64,000 bases of DNA from Candidatus Omnitrophota bacterium. Its GTDB lineage: Bacteria > Omnitrophota > Gorgyraeia > Zapsychrales > Zapsychraceae. Positions 20,394 to 29,217 of the stretch are shown here, piece by piece (position 1 is the first letter of the stretch; every line of letters begins with the position of its first letter). Location of the stretch: contig JAJDCA010000065.1 in the NCBI GenBank assembly GCA_029261055.1, forward strand, positions 9,581 through 73,580, given 5' to 3'. The translations under genes and the position numbers were made by a program. Under the pieces are notes generated by a model that was not told the origin of the DNA, made no database searches, and saw only the letters and a program-made list of their open reading frames with translations.

Positions 20394-21347
20394 TTACTCT
20401 TCTGTGTATTCGCCAATATTACGAAAACGATTGTAACGATGATCAAGGAGCTCATCTTTGGAAAGGGCAGATAAATCTCGAATATAATCTAGAAGAACTT
20501 TTTTAAGGTGAGTTACCACCATATCCGGGTCTTTATGCACACCACCGAGAGGTTCTGGGATAATTTCATCAATAATACCAAATTTTTTAAGATATTCCCC
20601 TGTGAATTTTAATGCGGCTGCTGCCTCTGGAGCCTTCACGCTATTACGCCATAAAATAGAAGCACAACCTTCCGGGGAAATTACAGAATAATATGAATGT
20701 TGCAAAATACAAACACGATCAGCCACACCAATACCTAAAGCCCCACCGCTACCACCTTCACCAATAACTGTCATAATAATCGGGACCGTTATTCCAACCA
20801 TGTCACGTAAGTTTTCCGCAATGGCCTGAGCCTGACCTCTCTCCTCAGCCCCAACGCCGGGATACGCGCCTGGTGTGTCGACAAAAATAATAATAGGCAA
20901 TTGAAATTTCTCAGCCATTAACATTAAACGCCTCGCCTTACGATACCCTTCAGGATGTGCACATCCAAAATTCCGCATAATATTTTCTTTAGTATCTCGA
21001 CCTTTTTGATGCCCCATAACCATCACTTTTTGCCCGTTTAACTCTGCAAAACCTGCCACCAGGGCCAAATCATCGACAAACTGCCGATCACCATGCAATT
21101 CAACAAAATTAGACATCATCATACGAATATAATCAAACGTATACGGTCGGTCAGGATGTCTGGCGATTTGAACCCTCTGCCAGGCTGTAAGGTTACTGTA
21201 AATTTTGGATTTCATATGTTCCAATTTCTCAGTAAGCTTTTCCACTTCCGGCTCAATAGCAATATTTTTGTCAGAACCAAAACTTCTTAGCTCTTCAATT
21301 TTTGCTTCTAACTCTACAATAGGTTTTTCAAAATCTAGAATGGCCAT
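20394..21347 (-). CDS. accA: acetyl-CoA carboxylase carboxyltransferase alpha subunit
   Basis: ARHPDRP, PEGYRKA, DTPGAYPG, GEGGSGGAL. Confidence 0.97.
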   Translation of the reverse strand: MAILDFEKPIVELEAKIEELRSFGSDKNIAIEPEVEKLTEKLEHMKSKIYSNLTAWQRVQIARHPDRPYTFDYIRMMMSNFVELHGDRQFVDDLALVAGFAELNGQKVMVMGHQKGRDTKENIMRNFGCAHPEGYRKARRLMLMAEKFQLPIIIFVDTPGAYPGVGAEERGQAQAIAENLRDMVGITVPIIMTVIGEGGSGGALGIGVADRVCILQHSYYSVISPEGCASILWRNSVKAPEAAAALKFTGEYLKKFGIIDEIIPEPLGGVHKDPDMVVTHLKKVLLDYIRDLSALSKDELLDHRYNRFRNIGEYTEE

Positions 21348-21349
21348 AA

Positions 21350-22168
21350 TTAATCCACAATTACCACTTCTGTTCCCATAGGAACTAAACTGTACAACTC
21401 TTCTACCTGTTCATTATGCATACGCACACAGCCAGCCGTAACCTGCTGACCTATCGTTTCCGGCTCAACGGTTCCATGAATACCATATCCAGGTATGTTA
21501 AATCCAAGCCAGCGGCTTCCCAACACATTACTGGGACTTTCCGGCGGCACAACGATTCCCCTATTAAACCAAACAGGATCTTTTAATTTAGTTGAAACCT
21601 TAAATGTCCCGACAGGCGTAATATTATTTTCCCCCGTTGAAACATTATATACTTTAACAACCTCTTCACCGTCTTTCAAAATAAGAATATTCTGAGATTT
21701 ATCGACATAAATATTAAACGTACCCGTCCAAATACGAAGTTTTCGGCCGATACGAATAATATTATTTTTAAGGTTATTGTTAATTTTAATAAGTTCAATG
21801 GTGGTATTATATTTCTTTGCTAGCTTTCCCAGAGTATCGCCACTCACAACATCATGCATCACAGTTTGCGACGTTGGGGTATTGGAAAAAATAATTTTAA
21901 GATTAAGTGCTTCCAGCTCTTTTTGAACAGACTCGACATGCTCATAATCAGAATATTCTGTAAGGATTTTCTGATACGCTTCTTTCGTTTTCACCACATC
22001 TCCATCCTCAATCAAAGCGGCAGCTTGAGTGTAAAGCTCTTGGGCTGTAACTTCCTGTTCCGGCGTAACCTCAACGGCTTCTTGAGTTTTTCGTCCTGAT
22101 AACCCTACCCAAATAAAAACACCTAAAAGTACGACAGCTCCACCAATCAAAATTTTTCTATTATTCAT
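21350..22168 (-). CDS. LysM-containing L,D-transpeptidase
   Basis: LysM (GDTLGKLAKKY) plus YkuD domain (GIHGT...GCVRM). Confidence 0.9.
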   Translation of the reverse strand: MNNRKILIGGAVVLLGVFIWVGLSGRKTQEAVEVTPEQEVTAQELYTQAAALIEDGDVVKTKEAYQKILTEYSDYEHVESVQKELEALNLKIIFSNTPTSQTVMHDVVSGDTLGKLAKKYNTTIELIKINNNLKNNIIRIGRKLRIWTGTFNIYVDKSQNILILKDGEEVVKVYNVSTGENNITPVGTFKVSTKLKDPVWFNRGIVVPPESPSNVLGSRWLGFNIPGYGIHGTVEPETIGQQVTAGCVRMHNEQVEELYSLVPMGTEVVIVD

Positions 22169-22202
22169 GAACTAATCTCCTAAATTTAGAATTTCCAGCC
22201 GT

Positions 22203-22270
22203 ATAGGAAAGTATAAAACTTTCCTATCAGCACCAAAAATCGCCTCAAGTTATCGTTGTAGGCGATTTTC
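22203..22270. terminator. two intergenic hairpins, possible terminator(s)
   Basis: ATAGGAAAGT/ACTTTCCTAT and AAAATCGCCT/AGGCGATTTT inverted repeats just downstream of the PAP2-like gene. Confidence 0.4.
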
Positions 22271-22275
22271 TTGCC

Positions 22276-22719
22276 TCACCAAGCTCGATAAAAAATCCAT
22301 GCCAAGCCAATCCCTAAAAAACCACCGATAATAACCTGCAAAGGGGAATGCCCTATAAGCTCCATAAGACGATCTCCTTCAAGCTTTCCTTTCCAATAAA
22401 TGTCATCCAATACCTGATTAAGGATAGCCGCCTGTTGACCAGCACACCGTCGAACTCCTTGAGCATCAAACATCGTTACAATCGCAAAAACCGTAGCCAA
22501 AGCAAACACGACAGATTGAAAACCTTCCTGCAAACCGCAGCTGGTAGCCAAAGCCGTAGCTCCGGCGGCATGACTGGATGGCATCCCTCCAGTTCCAATA
22601 AACCACTTAAAATTGAATCGCTTCTCACGAAAAACCCCTAAAACAACCTTCAATCCCTGAGCAATCGCCCAAACGGACATCGTAATAAGCAATATTTTAT
22701 TCTGAAAAATCGCGTTCAT
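22276..22719 (-). CDS. divergent PAP2 family protein (DUF212)
   Basis: GGMPSSH, MFDAQGVRR, GHSPLQV. Confidence 0.9.
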   Translation of the reverse strand: MNAIFQNKILLITMSVWAIAQGLKVVLGVFREKRFNFKWFIGTGGMPSSHAAGATALATSCGLQEGFQSVVFALATVFAIVTMFDAQGVRRCAGQQAAILNQVLDDIYWKGKLEGDRLMELIGHSPLQVIIGGFLGIGLAWIFYRAW

Positions 22720-22853
22720 TGCCCACCATTATAATCGGCGACTTTGAAAATGCAAGGGGTTTTGAAGGTAGGTATTCCATAAATTTTAATATTATATTTC
22801 GAAAAAGAATAGATCACATTTATGTGTCATTGATAAAAACCCCCCTCAGAAAT

Positions 22854-23375
22854 TTATCTAGCATGAAATCCAATAGATCCTTTAGATTTCGTAGGTGGCT
22901 CTAGCAGGCGCTTGATCGCTTCGAAAACAATTTGGAATTGGTGATCATATTTTTTCTCCATCTTTTCAATCTTCTCACGCAAGTCGCGGTGCTCGATCAT
23001 CAGTTCACGGAGTTTTGCGAAGGTGCGCATGATTTGAATATTGACCTGAATAGCTCGCTTACTGTTGAGTACACTGGAAAGCATGAGAATACCATACTCT
23101 GTAAAGGCATAGGGTAATTTGCGTGGGCCTCCCCAACTTGAAGTGCCAAAATGGCACTTCAAGTTTGCAACCTCTTGTTGTGTAAGGGGTAATAAGAAAT
23201 CTACTGGAAACCGATCTTTATTACGGCGTACCTGTCGTGTTAAATGTTTTGTTTCCACACCATAAAGCTCTGCCAAATCTTTATCTAACATGACCTTCCT
23301 CCCACGAATCAACAAAATTTTGTTTTGGATGATTTCTTCGGGAACTATTTTGGTTATTATTTTCTTTGTTGTCAT
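22854..23375 (-). CDS. ORF6N domain DNA-binding protein, paralogue 1
   Basis: IRGRKVMLDKDLAELYGVET...RNKDRFP.DF...PYAFTEYGILMLSSVLNS.RAIQVNIQIMR. Confidence 0.9.
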   Translation of the reverse strand: MTTKKIITKIVPEEIIQNKILLIRGRKVMLDKDLAELYGVETKHLTRQVRRNKDRFPVDFLLPLTQQEVANLKCHFGTSSWGGPRKLPYAFTEYGILMLSSVLNSKRAIQVNIQIMRTFAKLRELMIEHRDLREKIEKMEKKYDHQFQIVFEAIKRLLEPPTKSKGSIGFHAR

Positions 23376-23408
23376 TTTTTAATCCTTTCATAAATTATTT
23401 AGCATCAC

Positions 23409-24968
23409 TCACCGCCCCCAGCTTCGATCCAGACTCCGATACTGTATCGCCTCGGCGATGTGGTCGGGTTGGATGCTTGATTGACCGTCCAAATCGGCAA
23501 TCGTGCGGGCGACTTTGAGGATTTTGTCGTGGGCACGGGCGGAAAGGGTGAGTTCATCAATAGCTCTCCTGAGCAAATCTTTGCCTTCATCAGTCAAGGC
23601 ACAATGTGTCCGAATTCTTTTTTGATTTAAATGGGCATTTGTAAATATTTTCTCTGGTGGTGCCAAAAGATTAATTTCGTCTTGAGATCTTTTTTGCTGA
23701 ACCTCACGCGCCGCAACAGTTCTCTTTTTGATAGCTGCCGAAGCCTCTCCTCTATTACCGACAGTCATTAATTCCACAGACTTCAGCGAAGGTACTTCTA
23801 AATGAATATCAATACGATCAAGCAAAGGGCCGGATATTTTGGACATATAGCGTTGAATTTGATTAGGATTGCAATGACACTCTTTCGCTGGATCTGAATA
23901 CCAACCACACGGACAAGGATTCATCGTCGCAATCAGCATAAAACGTGAAGGAAAACGAACGGTTTGGCTGGCACGAGAAATAGTTACCTGATGATCTTCT
24001 AAAGGCTGCCGTAAAGATTCCAATACATTGCGGCTAAACTCAGGCAATTCATCCAAAAACAAAATCCCATTATGCGCCAACGTCACTTCACCCGGCCGGG
24101 GCATTGACCCGCCGCCAACCAAAGCCACATCGGAACTTGTATGATGCGGTGAACGAAAAGGACGCTGATGAATAATCCCACGATTAGCCTGTACCAATCC
24201 CACCACTGAATGAATTTTAGTAGTTTCCAGAGCCTCATCGAGTATCATATCAGGCAATATCGTCAACATCCGTCTGGCAAGCATGGTCTTACCGCTTCCC
24301 GGAGGGCCTATCAAAAGAACATTGTGTCCTCCAGCCGCTGCAATTTCCAAACCCCGTTTAACATGCGCCTGCCCTTTAACCTCGGAAAAATCTGTATCGT
24401 AAAAATTAACCTTATTCCACAAAGATTCCATATTAACTTTAAAAGGCTCAATAATCGTAGGGTTTTGAAAAAAATACACGACTTCGTTGAGCGTCTTCGC
24501 CGGATAAACGGAAACATTCTTAGTCACAGCCGCCTCTGCAGCATTAGCCAATGGAAGAATCATTCCTTGAAATTGATCTGTTTCAAGAGACATGGTAATA
24601 GGCAAAACCCCTTTTATGGGTTGAATACGTCCATCTAAAGAAAGCTCACCCAATAGGACATAATTTTTCAAAGGCGTAATATCAATTTGTTCACTGGCTG
24701 CAAGAATCCCCAAAGCGATCGCTAAATCAAAAGAAGGCCCTTCCTTTTTAACATCCGCCGGAGAAAGGTTCACCGTAATCCGTCCCATTGGAAAATCGTA
24801 ACCACTATTCTTAATCGCCGAACGTACCCTCTCCTTACTTTCCCGCACCGCACTGTCTGGCAAACCTACAATATGCACACATGGCAATCCCCGCGACACA
24901 TGCACCTCAATAATAATCGGATAGGCATCCAATCCGGCAATACTATAACTACATACTTTGGCTAACAT
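23409..24968 (-). CDS. comM: ComM/YifB Mg-chelatase-like AAA+ ATPase
   Basis: IVGLPD.AVRESKERV, GPPGSGKT, FRSPHH, LAHNGILFLDE, NPCPCG; intact. Confidence 0.95.
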   Translation of the reverse strand: MLAKVCSYSIAGLDAYPIIIEVHVSRGLPCVHIVGLPDSAVRESKERVRSAIKNSGYDFPMGRITVNLSPADVKKEGPSFDLAIALGILAASEQIDITPLKNYVLLGELSLDGRIQPIKGVLPITMSLETDQFQGMILPLANAAEAAVTKNVSVYPAKTLNEVVYFFQNPTIIEPFKVNMESLWNKVNFYDTDFSEVKGQAHVKRGLEIAAAGGHNVLLIGPPGSGKTMLARRMLTILPDMILDEALETTKIHSVVGLVQANRGIIHQRPFRSPHHTSSDVALVGGGSMPRPGEVTLAHNGILFLDELPEFSRNVLESLRQPLEDHQVTISRASQTVRFPSRFMLIATMNPCPCGWYSDPAKECHCNPNQIQRYMSKISGPLLDRIDIHLEVPSLKSVELMTVGNRGEASAAIKKRTVAAREVQQKRSQDEINLLAPPEKIFTNAHLNQKRIRTHCALTDEGKDLLRRAIDELTLSARAHDKILKVARTIADLDGQSSIQPDHIAEAIQYRSLDRSWGR

Positions 24969-25513
24969 TATTTGCTCTCCTTTTTAGTCCTCGGGGGATG
25001 AAATCCAATAAGTTTCTTACGCTTTACCGGGGGATCGATTAAGCATTTGATTGCATCAAAAACTACTTTGAATTGATAATCATATTTTTCCTCCATCACT
25101 TCGATCTTTCGCTTCAAATCTTTATGAGTTACCATCAACTCTCTAAACTTTACGAATGTTTTCATGATTTGAATATTGACCTGAATAGCTCGCTTGCTAT
25201 TTAAAACACTTGAACGCATCAGGATGCCGTGTTCCGTGAAGGCAGATGGAAGTTTACGCGTACCTCCCCAACTTGAAGTCACAAATTGTGACTTCAAGTT
25301 TGAAACCTCTTCCCTTGTAAGAAGAAACATAAATTCGACTGGAAACCGACCCTGATTACGTTTTACAGCTTGATTAAGTACTTTTGTATCAACACCATAA
25401 AGTATTGCTAAATCTTTATCCAACATGACTTTCTGCCCTCTTATGAATAGAATCTTAATTTCTATCATGTCTTGAGCAACAACACTTGCAAAAGTATTTT
25501 TCTCTTTAACCAT
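24968..25513 (-). CDS. ORF6N domain DNA-binding protein, paralogue 2
   Basis: Same motifs as paralogue 1; start set to ATG 25513 by RBS spacing (25522 possible). Confidence 0.88.
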   Translation of the reverse strand: MVKEKNTFASVVAQDMIEIKILFIRGQKVMLDKDLAILYGVDTKVLNQAVKRNQGRFPVEFMFLLTREEVSNLKSQFVTSSWGGTRKLPSAFTEHGILMRSSVLNSKRAIQVNIQIMKTFVKFRELMVTHKDLKRKIEVMEEKYDYQFKVVFDAIKCLIDPPVKRKKLIGFHPPRTKKESK

Positions 25514-25667
25514 ACAGATCATTCCTTTCTCTAAATTATTGGGGAAATCAAAAAATCAGTGGGGATGTATTCTTGGGGAATTGTGCTGCTTATTGGGGAA
25601 TGTTGATGCTTAACTTATCATACTCGATAATGCGCGTCAACCTGTTCGACAATCTCAAGGTTTACTC

Positions 25668-27293
25668 TTAGTCCAAAGGCAATTCGATAATTACTTCTGT
25701 TCCGGAACCCTCTTCACTTTTCACACTGATTTTACCACGATGATTTTCCATAATTCCTTGTGCAATGGACAAACCCAACCCCGTATGCCCTTCTTTTAAA
25801 CTAAAAAAAGGATCAAATATTTTAAGAAGTTCTTTCGCATCTATACCACAGCCTGTATCTTTGAATATGATTTGAAAAAAACCACCACCTTCTTTAACTT
25901 CAATCCAAAGCTTTTCATTATGCTCCATTGCCTCAACAGAATTCATAATAATATTCAAAAAAGCCTGCCGTATCTGATTAGAATCAATATGCAGGATAAT
26001 GTTCTTATTCATTTCAAAATTCTTAGAAATTTGAATATTTCGTTCAAAAAAATTACTTTTTAACAAATCAATAGTATCATTCAATAATTTAAGAACATCT
26101 GTATCATCCATAGAAGGCGGCGCCGGATGACTGTAATCTTTAAGAAGTTCAATCAAATTATTAATTTTACTCACTTCGCTTTCATGAATTTTGGCAAATT
26201 TCTTTAAAAATTCTTTATCATCTAATTTATTGGGTAAATGATATCCATAGGCTTTCAATGATGTAAGAGGATTTTTTATACCCTCAACAATATTGGCAAT
26301 TAAAGTAGCTAATGTTTTATACCGATCCGTCTGGGACACTTCTTGAAGAAGAAGCTCATTTTCTTCGGCAATCTCAGATTGCGTGCCTTTGTAAAATAGT
26401 TTATCAACAAAATGCTGAATCCGATTCCTTACCGGAATAATCATCATTCCGATGATAAGAGCCGCTCCGATAGAACCCAATATGGTCGTGTAACCTAAAA
26501 CACCTTGCGATAGCCGTTCGAAAAAAATAACCAAAACCAAAAGCGTTAAATAGATACAGCTAATTAATAATGAATACCCAAGACTTTTTTTAACAATAAT
26601 ACTCATATTAAACAGACGATGACGAACCATCGCATATCCCATAATCACTGGATAAAACCCTATTAAGAAATTAGACCATGGATAAATATTTCCGCCAAAA
26701 TAAATAAAAAAGTTACCCTGCCCACCAATCCATCCCACAATAGAAGCAGTAATAAAATATCGCATTTGTTGATGTCTTAACCCCGTAGATTGTTGTAAAT
26801 ACTTCAACATCAAATAAAATGCATACAAAAAAAGCAGTCCATAAAATCCAACAAAAAAAGTCAACCAAAGTGGGCTTTTATGCACCGGCCAATCAACCAC
26901 ATAAAATTGACCAAATGCAAATCTGAGATCGCCTAAAAATAATTCTCTGGCAAAAAAATTGTAAAAAAGAAAAACCCCACCTAAGGTATACAAAATGGCC
27001 AACACATAATCTTTTTTTATTTGTAAAAATGAAAAAACAAAATGAACATACAGTGGTGGAATAAATATTTTGGCAATATACGCAATTTGATACCAAAAGA
27101 AGGCCTTTTCTTTAACGTTTGTTGTCGCAATTTGATACCCACAAAAACCCCAAAGAGCTACCAATAAACTAATCCAACCAAAAATCGTTGTGACCCTTTT
27201 CCCGCTACCTTTTAAAAAAACAAATATCGTCATGATTAAAGTAGAAATCAAAACACATAATGACGATATGGCAAATGGATTGAGTTGTGACAT
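25668..27293 (-). CDS. membrane sensor histidine kinase-like protein (7TM N-terminus, HATPase_c) lacking the H-box His
   Basis: Multi-TM N-terminus, N/G1/F/G2 boxes (NSVEAM, DTGCGI, FDPFF, GLGL); H-box reads ANIVEGIKNPL. Confidence 0.8.
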   Translation of the reverse strand: MSQLNPFAISSLCVLISTLIMTIFVFLKGSGKRVTTIFGWISLLVALWGFCGYQIATTNVKEKAFFWYQIAYIAKIFIPPLYVHFVFSFLQIKKDYVLAILYTLGGVFLFYNFFARELFLGDLRFAFGQFYVVDWPVHKSPLWLTFFVGFYGLLFLYAFYLMLKYLQQSTGLRHQQMRYFITASIVGWIGGQGNFFIYFGGNIYPWSNFLIGFYPVIMGYAMVRHRLFNMSIIVKKSLGYSLLISCIYLTLLVLVIFFERLSQGVLGYTTILGSIGAALIIGMMIIPVRNRIQHFVDKLFYKGTQSEIAEENELLLQEVSQTDRYKTLATLIANIVEGIKNPLTSLKAYGYHLPNKLDDKEFLKKFAKIHESEVSKINNLIELLKDYSHPAPPSMDDTDVLKLLNDTIDLLKSNFFERNIQISKNFEMNKNIILHIDSNQIRQAFLNIIMNSVEAMEHNEKLWIEVKEGGGFFQIIFKDTGCGIDAKELLKIFDPFFSLKEGHTGLGLSIAQGIMENHRGKISVKSEEGSGTEVIIELPLD

Positions 27294-27380
27294 ACGTAAA
27301 TATCCCTTATTTTTAATAATACCTATTACTTCAAGTATAACATTTTATCTTCTTATTGAGTAGGGAGCGCAAAAACAAAA

Positions 27381-27421
27381 AAATAACGGCCACTTTATTT
27401 TAAAAAAAGTGGCCGTTATTT
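27381..27421 (-). terminator. intrinsic terminator after the repeat-protein gene
   Basis: 16-bp stem AAATAACGGCCACTTT/AAAGTGGCCGTTATTT followed by a T-tract on the minus strand. Confidence 0.75.
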
Positions 27422-27454
27422 CTTTACTGTATGTAGATCTACCCATCACCTAAT

Positions 27455-28291
27455 TTATTTATTTTTTCTCGCACGATGCTTCGCCTTCAACCCCTTCCGC
27501 TGGTGATTAACATTTTTACGTATTTGTTGCTTAGCCTCCCGCTGAGATGAACCAGGATTATTCGCCCGATATTTATCCGCGCCACTTTTAAACTTTTCTC
27601 GCTTTCCCTGACGATTATCTCGGCGATCTTGACGTTTTTCTTGACGATTTTCACGATTCTCGCTCCGATTTCCCTGACGATCATCTCGCCGATCTTGACG
27701 TCTTTCCTGACGACCTTCTCGATTTTCACTCCGATTTCCCTGACGATTATCTTGGCGATCTTGACGTCTTTCCTGACGGCCTTCTCGATTTTCACTCCGA
27801 TTCCCCTGACGATCATCTCGGCGATCTTGACGTCTTTCCTGACGACCTTCTCGATTTTCACTCCGATTCCCCTGACGATCATCTCGGCGATCTTGACGTC
27901 TTTCCTGACGGCCTTCTCGATTTTCACTCCGATTTCCCTGACGATCATCTCGACGATCTTGACGTCTTTCCTGACGGTCATCTCGATGTTCTTGCCTTTT
28001 TTCCTGACGGTCTTCCTTATTACCTTGTTTATGCTCTTTAGCCTCTTCTTTAAAACCTTTCATCTTTTCACGAATTTCTTCAGGGGACAACCCTTGATCT
28101 TTATACTCTTCAATGGATGATTTCCTTCTGGATTGAAAATCACTCCACCACTGCTTATTTTCTTCTTGTTCCTGATCTCTATACTCTCTAAATTCTGATC
28201 TCGAATCTACCTCACCCGTAGAATCTTCTTGCGCCCAAACAGCAGGTACTAATACGATACTTAGAAGTACTACTAGTGTTAGCTTATTCAT
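27455..28291 (-). CDS. exported, highly charged tandem-repeat protein
   Basis: Signal peptide (VWA-QE), AAGGAG RBS, 22-aa repeat RQERRQDRRDDRQGNRSENREG about 5.5 times. Confidence 0.8.
   Translation of the reverse strand: MNKLTLVVLLSIVLVPAVWAQEDSTGEVDSRSEFREYRDQEQEENKQWWSDFQSRRKSSIEEYKDQGLSPEEIREKMKGFKEEAKEHKQGNKEDRQEKRQEHRDDRQERRQDRRDDRQGNRSENREGRQERRQDRRDDRQGNRSENREGRQERRQDRRDDRQGNRSENREGRQERRQDRQDNRQGNRSENREGRQERRQDRRDDRQGNRSENRENRQEKRQDRRDNRQGKREKFKSGADKYRANNPGSSQREAKQQIRKNVNHQRKGLKAKHRARKNK
27603..27980. repeat. 66-bp coding tandem repeat (about 5.5 copies)
   Basis: Near-identical units such as ACGATCATCTCGGCGATCTTGACGTCTTTCCTGACG... Confidence 0.9.
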
Positions 28292-28355
28292 AATTTGGCT
28301 CCTTTTTTTAAATTGCTTCTCTCATTCTTGTTTTCCCATGGGTCCTACTATATTA

Positions 28356-28380
28356 AACACCCGATGCTCCAAAAAGTTTC
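28356..28380 (-). promoter_or_regulatory. putative ECF sigma promoter for the repeat-protein gene
   Basis: GAAACTTTTTGG-N7-GGTGTT on the minus strand; same layout as 29747-29771. Confidence 0.7.
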
Positions 28381-28394
28381 GGTAAAAAATGCCC

Positions 28395-28991
28395 TTATCT
28401 TTTTTTCCTATGCTCTCGCTGTAATTTCTTATGCGTTCTCTTTTTTTGCTTCACATCTTTTTTCCGTTCTGCTGATGATTTTTTTAACCGATTATGCTTT
28501 TGCCGAAGTTGCTGCTTTTGTTCCGGAGAAAATTTTTGCCATTTTTCCTTTTTTTGTTTTAACCTATGCCTTTCATCTGGCTTGGTTTGACGAAAACGTT
28601 TATGTTCTTTAATAATACGCTGACGCTCTTCCGGTGTTGTTTTTTTCCACCGTTCAAACTTTTTCTCAACCATCTTACGCCGATGCTTCGGCAAATCATT
28701 ATGTTTTTTCCAATTCTTTTGAATACGAGACTTCTCTTCTTTAGAAAAATTTTTAAACCGGTCATAATTCTTACGTATTTTAGATTTTTCTTCAGAACTA
28801 AGATTTTTCCATTCTTTCCATCGTTGTCGTAATGCTTCTTTTTGTTCCGGCGCTAAATTACGCCATTTCTTCTGCGCAGCCTCTTCAGAGCTCATTTCCT
28901 GGGCTTGAACTTCTAAAACAATACCCACACCCAATAAATTTGCCGTTAGTAAACAGCTTAAAATAATTACCAAATATTTCTTATTATTCAT
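28395..28991 (-). CDS. DUF3106-like exported basic helical-repeat protein
   Basis: Signal peptide; repeated W..L.PEQK/ER units; ECF operon context. Confidence 0.75.
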   Translation of the reverse strand: MNNKKYLVIILSCLLTANLLGVGIVLEVQAQEMSSEEAAQKKWRNLAPEQKEALRQRWKEWKNLSSEEKSKIRKNYDRFKNFSKEEKSRIQKNWKKHNDLPKHRRKMVEKKFERWKKTTPEERQRIIKEHKRFRQTKPDERHRLKQKKEKWQKFSPEQKQQLRQKHNRLKKSSAERKKDVKQKKRTHKKLQREHRKKR

Positions 28992-29217
28992 CTTTATCGT
29001 CCTCTCTCATTTCATCTAAAACTTCGTATTCTTCTAAAAAAGATAAATCTTGTTCAAGCATATCTATGTTCTCTAAAAAATCTAAATTACCAATGATCTC
29101 TAAATCTTCCTCCGACATTTCTTTTTCAACAACTTCGTCTGCACGACCTGCCTGCCCACTCACAATGGGAAATATTTGAATCAAACATAAAATAAACAAA
29201 ACATAATATTTCCTCAC
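28984..29217 (-). CDS. small exported acidic protein
   Basis: Signal-like N-terminus, acidic amphipathic C-terminus, overlaps both neighbours. Confidence 0.7.
   Translation of the reverse strand: MRKYYVLFILCLIQIFPIVSGQAGRADEVVEKEMSEEDLEIIGNLDFLENIDMLEQDLSFLEEYEVLDEMREDDKDE

Noticed and set aside
23409-24968. Prophage or ICE integrated in comM
   Set aside because: comM is full-length; no integrase, att duplication or phage structural genes.
22854-25522. Diversity-generating retroelement (TR/VR pair) explaining the ORF6N similarity
   Set aside because: No reverse transcriptase in the window and the differences are not adenine-specific.
27603-27980. 66-bp periodicity as a possible CRISPR array
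   Set aside because: No unique spacers; whole units repeat in frame inside a signal-peptide ORF; no cas genes.
27487-28120. Alternative-frame and antisense ORFs 27487-27981 and 27629-28120
   Set aside because: Open frames are a by-product of a stop-free tandem repeat; no RBS or family features.
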